64,000 bases of DNA from Octopus bimaculoides. Its lineage: Eukaryota. The notes under the pieces are model-generated. The model was given only the letters and a program-made list of their open reading frames with translations, was not told the DNA's origin and did not search any database. Position 1 is the stretch's first letter, and each line of letters starts with the position of its first letter. The position numbers and the translations under genes were made by a program. The DNA is taken from positions 33,439,284-33,503,283 of the forward strand of contig NC_068984.1 of the NCBI RefSeq assembly GCF_001194135.2, written 5' to 3'. This document shows, one piece after another, positions 53,071 to 64,000 of the stretch.

Positions 53071-54135
53071 TCTCATTCATAATATACTAACCGTATTAAA
53101 CTTTCTATTCTGATATCTCTCATATATTTTGTGTCATCTCACTATATCAATCACTATGTATTTGCCCGCTTATACGTATACATATGTATGTGTGCATGCA
53201 GAAATATGTGTATGTATGTATGTAAGTTCGTACTTATGCATGTGTATGTATATATTTATGAATGTATGAATACACTGATAGATAGATAAATATATAGATA
53301 TTCATACATGCATGTATGTATGTATGTATGTATATATNNNNNNNNNNNNNNNNNNNNNNNNNNNNNNNNNNNNNNNNNNNNNNNNNNNNNNNNNNNNNNN
53401 NNNNNNNNNNNNNNNNNNNNNNNNNNNNNNNNNNNNNNNNNNNNNNNNNNNNNNNNNNNNNNNNNNNNNNNNNNNNNNNNNNNNNNNNNNNNNNNNNNNN
53501 NNNNNNNNNNNNNNNNNNNNNNNNNNNNNNNNNNNNNNNNNNNNNNNNNNNNNNNNNNNNNNNNNNNNNATATATATATATATATATATATACATATACT
53601 TACATATACACACACATATATAATGTATGAAGTGCAATAAAATCGTTATAGAGTGAGTCACAAACTTAATATCTTTATAACACAAAGTCATGCAGGCACA
53701 GTATATCAGAGAGTATATGACAAAATGTGCAATCTGCCGTAGCAGGAAAGTGGTGATAGTGAGTGAAATCGTGGTAGATATCAAGTTTCAGAATGAAGTA
53801 AAAATCGTTTGATGCTTAATAAACATTTCTTTGTGTAATATAAATTTTAAGAACGACCACAATTTTTGAAACATATTTACAGAAACATAAAACAGAGCAA
53901 TGCTGGACGTGTTCAGATAAGCGAATGCTGTCAGCGATTTCTGCTTAAGCTAACGTCCGCAATTTCATAACGCTTCAGTAGCTGACACAAATATAATCGA
54001 TAAAGCTTTATTAGTGGATCTAATGAAGCGATTCTCTTAATATCATGAATCAGAACACCTTACGCGTATTGTCGAGTAATTCAGGAAGTGACTGACCTGA
54101 AACTATATACAAAAAATAGTTTTCTTCTGTTTACG

Positions 54136-54171
<36 letters not shown>

Positions 54172-54460
54172 TACGCACAGATACACGCACACACACACAC
54201 ACACAAACGCACACGCACACACACACACACACACACACATATATGTATATATATACACATACATATGCATATACATATATATCTATATGTTTTTATTTAT
54301 TCTACTCTGATTTGTTTCTTTTACGGTCAATTATTAAAACATCGTTAACATTTAAAAAAAAAAGGCAAATAAATTTGTACAAGTAGATTAAAAAGAAAGC
54401 AGAGGGGAAAGTAACTGTAGCAACAACAGTATAATAATAATAATGATAATAATAATAATG

Positions 54461-54516
<56 letters not shown>

Positions 54517-57429
54517 NNNNNNNNNNNNNNNNNNNNNNNNNNNNNNNNNNNNNNNNNNNNNNNNNNNNNNNNNNNNNNNNNNNNNNNNNNNNNNNNNNNN
54601 NNNNNNNNNNNNNNNNNNNNNNNNNNNNNNNNNNNNNNNNNNNNNNNNNNNNNNNNNNNNNNNNNNNNNNNNNNNNNNNNNNNNNNNNNNNNNNNNNNNN
54701 NNNNNNNNNNNNNNNNNNNNNNNNNNNNNNNNNNNNNNNNNNNNNNNNNNNNNNNNNNNNNNNNNNNNNNNNNNNNNNNNNNNNNNNNNNNNNNNNNNNN
54801 NNNNNNNNNNNNNNNNNNNNNNNNNNNNNNNNNNNNNNNNNNNNNNNNNNNNNNNNNNNNNNNNNNNNNNNNNNNNNNNNNNNNNNNNNNNNNNNNNNNN
54901 NNNNNNNNNNNNNNNNNNNNNNNNNNNNNNNNNNNNNNNNNNNNNNNNNNNNNNNNNNNNNNNNNNNNNNNNNNNNNNNNNNNNNNNNNNNNNNNNNNNN
55001 NNNNNNNNNNNNNNNNNNNNNNNNNNNNNNNNNNNNNNNNNNNNNNNNNNNNNNNNNNNNNNNNNNNNNNNNNNNNNNNNNNNNNNNNNNNNNNNNNNNN
55101 NNNNNNNNNNNNNNNNNNNNNNNNNNNNNNNNNNNNNNNNNNNNNNNNNNNNNNNNNNNNNNNNNNNNNNNNNNNNNNNNNNNNNNNNNNNNNNNNNNNN
55201 NNNNNNNNNNNNNNNNNNNNNNNNAAAAAATACGTATTAGGCTATATATGGCGTCATTTTGGTAACACTGATTGTTACAAATTTAATATTTATTGATTTT
55301 AGAGTCTTTATATTGACAGAAATGGTAACCACTTTAGAAATTGTTCTCTTTTCAAAATCCAAACATTTTATTTTTTATTTTCTGAAAATATATTTACAAA
55401 ACGTGTATTTCTCTTTCGAATATTACGCGCCTTCTTATTGTAGAACGTAAAATCAAATGAAAAATCTATTCACGATCAATGAAAGATCTTTGCTAAATAA
55501 TCATATACATTAAAATAGCCAATAAGCGTTCGGCCCAAGGATTTCCGTTGAACCATTAAAATAAATAATAATAGCAACCTCTCTAAACGATATAAATCGA
55601 TGCTATATTGATTTTGATTAAGAAGAATATTTAATCATTTCATTTGCTTAAATAGCAATTATGTTGTAAAAAGTTAACGATATCCTTATCAACATGAGTA
55701 ACAATAATTCTATAGGCATTGTATCTTCAGACCAAAGCCAAGTTCGATCTATTTTTCAATGCAAAGAAGATTAAGTAGAAATGAGGATGAACACTACATG
55801 CTCGGTTGCACCAGTAATAACACAAAAATGAAAAGGATACGTGACACACGGAGGTGGGATTATGAAAAAGGAGCTTCAATATTTGTACAAAAGCTTTTTT
55901 ACCAGGACGCAAGACAACTTATAGCGAGCTGCCAGACAAAGAAAAAGAACCCCAAAGAATCGCGTTTCTCGCATCTCTACTATTGTTTCTCAATGCAAGA
56001 TATGCTTTGTTTGGTACTGCTTTGTTCAGAACCTTAGATCATATCCGTTATTGTATTTTGGAGTCATTTGCACCATAATAGCGGAAGATGATAAATAAAC
56101 TTCATGGATCTTACTGGTAACGAAACAAAACATGAAATTAACATGATCTATGAAAGCTAACGTAGGACGCAAGTTTCAAGTGCAAGGTGGCGAAAACGCA
56201 TTTCGGTTGTGACTATTTGCAGAAGAAGAAATATATAACTATGTTCATTTCCACTGAAATAAATTGAATATTTATCCTGCTTTTGTATGTGTTAATCTAT
56301 TAAAAATATCCCTGTTATTTAAGTAGAGAGAATAAGTAAAGACAGGCACAAGTTAAAAATTAATTTACGATTTGCTTCAAGTCACTCTATTTGATGCTAT
56401 CAACGTTCTCGTGCCAGCATTCTGATCGAAGATCATTTGCAGGATAAATTCATCCATCCATTCCACCAGTTTCAAGGATCCTGAAATATGATATGCAAGT
56501 TGTTGTCCTTGAATAGTCTTAAAATGTTGTCTTTTGTATTTTTTTACATCCTCATATATTTGCACGAAATTTGACACTTCGCCTATTGTCTACTATAGAA
56601 AGAGTATAAATAAGTGGAGAGCACATAGTTACACCGCAGTATGTAGTTGCGTGGAGCCTCTATAAATATAGAGATACCAATAGCTTTCTGGTTACAAAGA
56701 CTGAGAGTTCCTTTTCCGTAGTTGCATTCCATAGAGGAAGCAGTGCTTTGCGAATCAATAATTCTGGTGATGCAGGGTAGAAGGTCCAGTTTAGTTGAGT
56801 TTGGCAGTTTAGTACAACTGAGTGTACACCCCAGAAAAGAGGATTCGAAATGCTGCTGTTGTGATTCACAAAGTATCACTATCTCCGAGAAATTCCTGAA
56901 CAGAAACAAGCAAAATCCAGGAGCTCGACGTAACATATCCAGCATAGGACTAGACATAGAATACCAGTAGTAGTATTGCCCTAGGGTCTTGTGGTTATGA
57001 ATAAGAAAATTGAAACCTCCTGAACAGAGTCATCAATACCTAAACAGTGTATGAATTTCAGAATATCCTTAAAAGTGAACTCGAGCATAATTGATTTAAT
57101 GCAGACGTTAAAGAAAATAATCATTTATTGATTGATCGTAAGAAATGGAAGCCTATTACCAGAGACCAAAATAGTTATTTCATAAAGGCACAATCAGTTG
57201 CTTAATTTCAGATATGCGATCAAGCTACAGATGGCATAGATCAATTTGCAACTCCTCTAATCTCTAAGATAATAAGGTGCAATTTCAAGGCGCGCAATTA
57301 GCAGAACATGGGGTGAACGGAAAGTTGTAATGGTCGTGCCTACTTGCTAATTAGGTGTAGTTTTGTAAAATCTTTCTGAGATAGATCTTGTTCTATCTAT
57401 TTGTATTTGCTATGTTTATGACCTTTCTA

Positions 57430-57630
57430 TCTAGTAATATATGCTTATGTTTATATTTAACGGCTCTTACTGCCATGTCATGGATTGAACAGTGTTATAC
57501 GAGTTTCTACAACATCACCACATGCGGATCTTTCTTGCTGAAGTGCGTAACTCATTTTCTTTTAATGTTAAAATACTGCATCCAGGAAGGGCAGCTTCTT
57601 TCTTGTTTTGTATTGTTTCGAAAAATCATT
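57430..57630 (-). mobile_element. Possible PLE RT fragment
   Basis: Minus translation KLPFLDAVF then, after a frameshift, KENELRTSARK; resembles the PLE LPFLD..L.TSVYRK motif. Short and degenerate. Confidence 0.4.
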
Positions 57631-58099
57631 TATTGCTTCTAGTGATATTTTGTATGTCTTCTCTGAGATTCGTGCAATTTTAGTGTCGAGAACATACTGC
57701 GTAGAATATGTGCTAGATTATGCTATACTAATGCTATACTAATGGCAGCAACTGCGTAGAATATAAGTTGCATTGGCATTTAATATTATGATGCCGAGTA
57801 TAAATAACGTAAGCGTATGTGTCGTGTTATTTAAAAAGTTGGTGAGTATGTAGCTTGTGTTGCGTTATATTGTTTTGTGGTGATCCGTAAGCTAAGTATA
57901 GTGCAAATTATGTTATATTAATTTTGTGCAGATGCTTGAACTGTACTATAAAATTAAAATTATTTTGCGTAAGAAATGGAATGCGCTTAGCAAAGATATC
58001 CTTTGTAATACGTGTGATATTCTGAACCTGGTATGGTTTGCATGCATTCGTTTGTAATTATAACACCTACTACTTTAGTTATACCTCATGTTGTTTTAA

Positions 58100-60050
58100 T
58101 TTCCCTGCCTCCATTATGTTGATAGTTTCCGTGAACTATTTCTCAAAAGATTTAGAGGAGTTCTATCACAGCAAGGGAACTTCCTGCTTAGTCCTTAGAT
58201 ATTATGCTGGATAGTTAGCTTTGATTTTCCTCTCTCATTGAACAGGAACTTCCCAAATAATTTGGCTTAGTATATCACAGTTTTATACCATTCGCATCTA
58301 AATGTTGGATGGAACTACCGACACGAGTTGTCTATGACTATAGTTGCATAAGGCATATATAATGCATTCATCCACCTCATTTCACTGATTACGAAGGTTG
58401 CACTCGCTCTTATCTTTTTTCTTCACTAATTTCTATTGTCTGTTAGGTTAGAGATAAGCCTAATTCACCTAAAATCAAAGTTCCTGTTCTTTTTAAAGTA
58501 CACCGTATTAGGAAATGTATTCTTTCTGGGATGTCCTATGAGCTATTATTCCTAGCTGGCTTATATTCCTACTTTTGGGCATATTTTAGAATTCGAACTT
58601 TAAAACTTTTTTCCTCTGATTGTCTAATTTTTTCTCCAGTGTAATTAGCTACCAAATTGTATGATATATTTTTCGCGTTTTCATAAAATATTCTGATTAC
58701 TCTCCTGTTGTTTACTTCTTATTACTTTACTTGTACAATTTTTATTATTTTGTTATAGATTATTATTTGCATTTCAATATGTCCACTTTCTGTCCGAGGT
58801 AGATGTATTTTGTTCAAACCAGCTGTATGATGTTTGCAAAACCCTCAGTTATTTTCTTTTTATCTGAACTTCAAAAAATTACCCGTTTTTCATATTGAAG
58901 CTGTAATTCATAATAAGGAACACAAATGTAGTTATGCCTGTGATCATAATATCTATATATGGTTTCATATTTTTATATCAGTTTCACTCCACTTTAGTCC
59001 TCATTTCTAATCATTGCTTCATTTCTGGGTAGTACATTATCAGTTTTCTATTGTGTTAAGTGGCTTTTATCCAATTAACTCATTTCAATGTCATAGAAAT
59101 TGAATACATTTACTTTTACATCTGCATATTTCTATCACAGATGTAGGACATTTGTTTAATCCAATACGTAATGTTGTCTGTTGGCCGAGATTATGTGCTA
59201 TTACGTTAAGGTCTTGCAACTAGAGCTGCTTTCACCTTTCTACCACATCTGTAACTATAGGTAATTTCATTCAGTATATTTATCAATGTAGTCAGAGTTA
59301 TGCAAAAGATTAAGGACATAACATGTCACCCTGAAATATATTTATTCTTGTGGATATAATGATGTTTTTAAGTATCGCTTCCTGTTGCAATATGGTGGAT
59401 TTTTCCATTTGTTTGATATATTTTGTTGGTAATGAGGCAAATTATTGTTAAGGCGTACCTCCATTGTCAAAAAGCGTAAAATTCTTTCAAATGCTTTGGT
59501 GTATTCACAGGGATATTCTTATTTGTTTTCTTGATCTGAAAAATACATAGTTTACTCTCTTAAAGAAACAAACGTAAGGCTGATAGTGGAAAGTATTCAC
59601 GGCTAACAAATTTTTTTTTTACTTTTCAGGAAGCCTCAGTGAGAAATATTTACGTTAATGTCGCTGTTTTCTGAAAAGTACCGATGTTTATTCTTGTTTC
59701 TAACCTGCCAAAGTCTTTAGAAGCGTTCTAAATCATTAGAATCGTACGATGACAAATTCCATAAATGATTTATCTAGCTAATTCGGTGCAACTTCACAGA
59801 TGTTCGGCCTTCTACAAGAAAAGATTACAGTGATTTGGCATTGCGAATCGATTATTATTGCACATTTGCAAGTTTCTTCCTGTAAAATGTTGTCCATCAC
59901 AGAATTGCTAAATGATTGTCTAAGGACACGTTCAGTAGTCATCTGTCAAAAAGCAGGAGTCGAAGTTGATTTTCCTGGGTTGGTAATACACATTCTACTG
60001 GATTCTGATGTAAAGTTTCTATCAGCTTTCACAACAAAGCATACCTAATA
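58100..60050 (-). mobile_element. Decayed R4/Dong-like RLE LINE RT
   Basis: Minus relics in order: QMTTERV (about 59940), EYTKAFE (about 59500; DYKKAFD-like), RINIFQGDMLCP (about 59330), RIGLNKC (about 59160; EFGLDKC-like). Boundaries approximate. Confidence 0.65.
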
Positions 60051-60458
60051 GAAATATTTATTGATAAAATTATAATTAGAGTCAGTACATTCATGAGAAT
60101 ATTAGAAGCTCATCAAAGTGACTTAATTAAACTTTTGCTAAAATAGGTCTTGCCTTTCAAACTTGCGGATTAAAAAAAATCCCTGATCTACGAAATTCAA
60201 TGAAATTCCGTACCACTATCCCCTGAATATGAAGACAGGTGACTATATAAGAATTCGTGGTGATCAAATATTTATCACTTTTTTTACGAAATAGTTCTAT
60301 TATTTTAACCTAACAGAAAGCAATTTGAACTCAGAGCTGCTAGGGCTAAAGTAAAGATTAAAATTATTATTTACGCGATTACAAAAACCAAAAATCTTAC
60401 AAAAGCTCTGGTTGAAAACAGTGGGTTTAGGCAACCGGTTGGAGAAAATCTACAAGTT

Positions 60459-60716
60459 GCCAATCAAAGTAATTTAAACTGCTGGTTTACGACCATGACA
60501 ATCAACTTGTATATACCGACTGAAATAAAAACGTTCGAAACCAACTAAGTGTGATCACTCATAAAACCATAACACGTTATTGGTTAAAATAAAAGCGGGC
60601 TTTATGACAGCAATATAGGTGCGCCCGGCAAAGCGTGAAGTTTAGGTTGCATGCTGATTGGTCAAAACAGTATACGAAAAATTCAGCTAAATGGCATAAA
60701 AAGGAAGACGTCAGTC
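60459..60716. promoter_or_regulatory. Candidate CCAAT/NF-Y-rich promoter or enhancer
   Basis: GCCAATCA (60459), TTATTGGTT (ATTGG at 60579), CTGATTGGTC (ATTGG at 60657), GACGTCA CRE-like site (60707) and TCAGT Inr-like site (60711), in non-repetitive sequence. Motif evidence only. Confidence 0.3.
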
Positions 60717-61241
60717 ACTTTACCACAGTTGTCACACACACACACACACACACACACATCTCTATATATCAAAGAAGTCAAGACCAAAATCCTTCAAAGG
60801 GATGTTAAACATCCAAGTCCGCCGCTTCAGTCCAAGCAAAGAATATATAAAAATAAACTATATATTTTTTATTGGTATAATCAATGATTAAAGTATAACG
60901 AAAGGAAAAATATATAAGTATAGACGATCTTTAATCCATAGTTATATACATATATACAATTAATTCTCCCCACCAAAGAAAAAACGAAGAAAAATCACAA
61001 GAAAAAAAAAGCAACGCGAGGACGTGGCACATGCAAAGTATTAGAAGACACTCAGGAAAGGAAAGAAAGGGTGTTTTACGTTTCGAGCAAAGGTTTCTTT
61101 AGACTCAGGAGACAGATGAACATCCAAGAGATAAGGAAGACGGAGGAAAAAATCGCCAGCAATTCACATTTAGTAATATGTGCATATTCTCTATCTCTAC
61201 ATGGCGTGTGTGTTTGTGTGTATGGATACTTTTTGTAGGAG

Positions 61242-61275
<34 letters not shown>

Positions 61276-61294
61276 TGTATCTATCTATCTATTG

Positions 61295-61348
<54 letters not shown>

Positions 61349-64000
61349 TTATCTATATGTTTGTGTGTGTGTGAGAGCCTACCCATGTGTCTGTGCTCAC
61401 TCTCTCTGTGATTATATGTCTGCATATGTTTTCTTTTATCTCATTCTAGTATAAGCGTATCTCATTCTAGTATATGCTTATACCTACACATTTTTTTCCT
61501 ATTTTGAAACATTTCGTTCTATAGGCATCAACACTTACTCTCTCACTCTTAACACCTGTATGTTCTAAAAATGTAATTTTCCCAAATAAAGTGTACTTCA
61601 TATTCAAGGCTCAGATGAAGCGAAGGAATGTTACCCATGAACTCGACTAAGGATCTACCACATCTAATTGCAGAAACACCTGTATGTTAATGAAGTCCAC
61701 TGCATAACCTTTCTTTTTTCCCTTGTCATCTCTTTGTTCCTGTACTCATGCAACTGTGTGTTCTGGACCACATGTATATGAGGTTCTACACCAGGTTATT
61801 AGTCTCGCTATGCCTAAGCAAAATGCATGCATGCCTATATATATATATATATATATATAATGGTTTTAAGCGTATAAACTATCTTCTGTATTGTGACGAG
61901 TTATGAAAATGAAAAACCATGAAGTTCTCTTATTAATGCAGGCTACGATATTTGTATTAGTCCAATTCTGAAGTTTCAATTTCCTAATAAAAACAAATCT
62001 ATATTACTTTTCCAAATCCAAAGAAATTATATTTCTGCAAAATCTATAATCTAAGATAAACAAGTTGTTCTCTTTGAAAAGTTTACAATACGTTTATCAC
62101 AGATACACTTTTCAATTTCCCCTTTTATCTCATACAGAAAATATTAAATGATGTCCTAATCTCGAAAAAAATGGACAAAAAGAAGAAGAAAGACAAAAAC
62201 AGGATAACATTCTAATACTATAACGAAAATAATCATCTGCAATCAGGTTTTGGGTTTTGTTATGTTATTATTCCACGAAACGTTATAAGTACGTCTTCCG
62301 TGACTTTGGGAAGATATACAAATTATCCAGTGTGTACGTGATGTGTATATATAGCTAACCAAATAATGATACTGATATAGCTGTATGTTTAACCGGGTCA
62401 ATCAATGTCAAAAGGATTTAATTTGATTACTTTTCGGCTTTTAAAATTCAGTAAGATTGATGTCTTCGTCATTTTGAAGTGAAACAGAAATCACGAAGAA
62501 ACTATAAATGAAAAATCTAAGAACAGTGTTTTTATGAATTAGTTGCTTAGTTACATTTTTGCTTATTATATATATATATACATACATACATATATNNNNN
62601 NNNNNNNNNNNNNNNNNNNNNNNNNNNNNNNNNNNNNNNNNNNNNNNNNNNNNNNNNNNNNNNNNNNNNNNNNNNNNNNNNNNNNNNNNNNNNNNNNNNN
62701 NNNNNNNNNNNNNNNATATATATATATATATATATATATATAGTAAAATGAAAACTAAAATAGCGAACAGCAGTGTTAATAAACATGTGTAACTGACTAG
62801 ATCAATGTTTTTATCTATATTCACATGCACATTATGTAAAAATATAAATAAACATGTGTTTATATATAAATGTATACAGGTGTGATCCCGAGAATATGTA
62901 TATCTATTTCTTTGAGAGTGTATCAGAGAGCGTATGCGTGTGCGTGTGTGTGAGTGCTTGTGTATGTGTACTTTGAATGCAAACATCTTTGTAAGGGTCG
63001 TGATTAACGCCAAGTTTACGCGCTTGGAAATATCTATATCAAATTGTAAGTAGATACGTGATAGGTAGTTCCAGTTTAATACAAATATCACTAAAAGTCA
63101 AAGGTGAGTTACTCTGCATATAATTGAATAGTATCCAATGACAAGATATGATTTATTGACTGCTCACATCTTTGCAAAATTATTTTTCAATTTTTCTGTA
63201 TACTTTTTTTTTTAATTCAATCACTTTAAACTATAGAGGAAATATTTCTCTCAAACTCTACTATGAAAACTCCAGTTACAATGAAGTATAGAAATATATA
63301 CATGCATGCATACATATACACATGCGATTATATGTGTGTGTGAGTGTGGGTGTGTGTTAGTGTATGCGTATGTGTGTATGTATTAAAAGCGATAGATAAT
63401 GAGAGAGTGAAAGAGAGATAGATATACGCACAGACGCAAACCACGAGAACTAAGAGACTTCACAAATAGGTAGAGGCATTTAATCTGTATCCCCATGTAA
63501 CTATAAGTATTTATGTTTCACGTAAACGGCTTGATGGATTTGTTAATTTTGATATGAATATTTATATATTGTTGTAAATATAATTTGTACTATGTTTGTA
63601 TATTGAATTTTACGACGGGAGCTATTTACATCTTTCTTAAAATTCTGAGTCTCTTCCCATATGTACATTAAGGCAAATACGTAAATATGAGCATTTAGAA
63701 ACGGTAATGTTGAAATTAGTAATCTACTGCACCAAACAATCTACAACGTACTCATATGAAAAATCTTCGTTAAAAAAGATGAAATCAGAAAATCTTTGTT
63801 TTCTACAAAACGTGACTGCAAGAAAAGCTATCCCCATATTTAAAAACATTCAATAATTCATATGTATATATATATATATATATAAGTTGTATATCTTATA
63901 TATGTTCATTGAGGGGGTGTGATATGTTGAGTTGTTAACCCACCGTTTTTATTCTGTATCTAATATATATATATATATATAAGTTGTATATCTTATATAT

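Noticed and set aside
55727-56970. Cluster of 60-124-aa ORFs on both strands
   Set aside because: No recognisable domains. Possibly old transposon debris, but not assignable from the sequence.

Overview
AT-rich, repeat-dense eukaryotic DNA with 16 N-gaps, nearly all opening inside or beside microsatellites, as expected of a short-read draft assembly. The SINE sequences look like octopus (coleoid cephalopod) SINEs as I remember them; this was not checked by search. No intact or recognisable host protein-coding gene was found, so the window is probably intronic or intergenic. Long ORFs in the track are artefacts of microsatellites and gaps, or are transposon debris. Recognisable content: three mariner copies (one full-length, Hsmar1/cecropia-like, with 26-bp TIRs), two hAT Buster/Charlie-like transposase relics, six R4/Dong-like restriction-endonuclease LINE fragments, one CR1/L2-group LINE fragment, one RTE fragment, three Penelope-like (PLE) fragments and about a dozen tRNA-derived SINEs of three families. 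Most interesting: (1) an apparently intact minimal hammerhead ribozyme with a palindromic stem III at the PLE 3' end (4757-4802, minus strand), plus several decayed hammerhead-like relics; (2) a 320-bp spacerless palindrome (9476-10098) whose right arm is interrupted by an internal RTE reverse-transcriptase fragment flanked by a 13-bp duplication; (3) a 380-bp direct repeat bracketing a dead R4-like RT, which mimics LTRs; (4) repeated adjacency of R4/Dong-like fragments to (AAT)n tracts. These are mostly notable instances of known element classes; I cannot claim a new biological system from the sequence alone.
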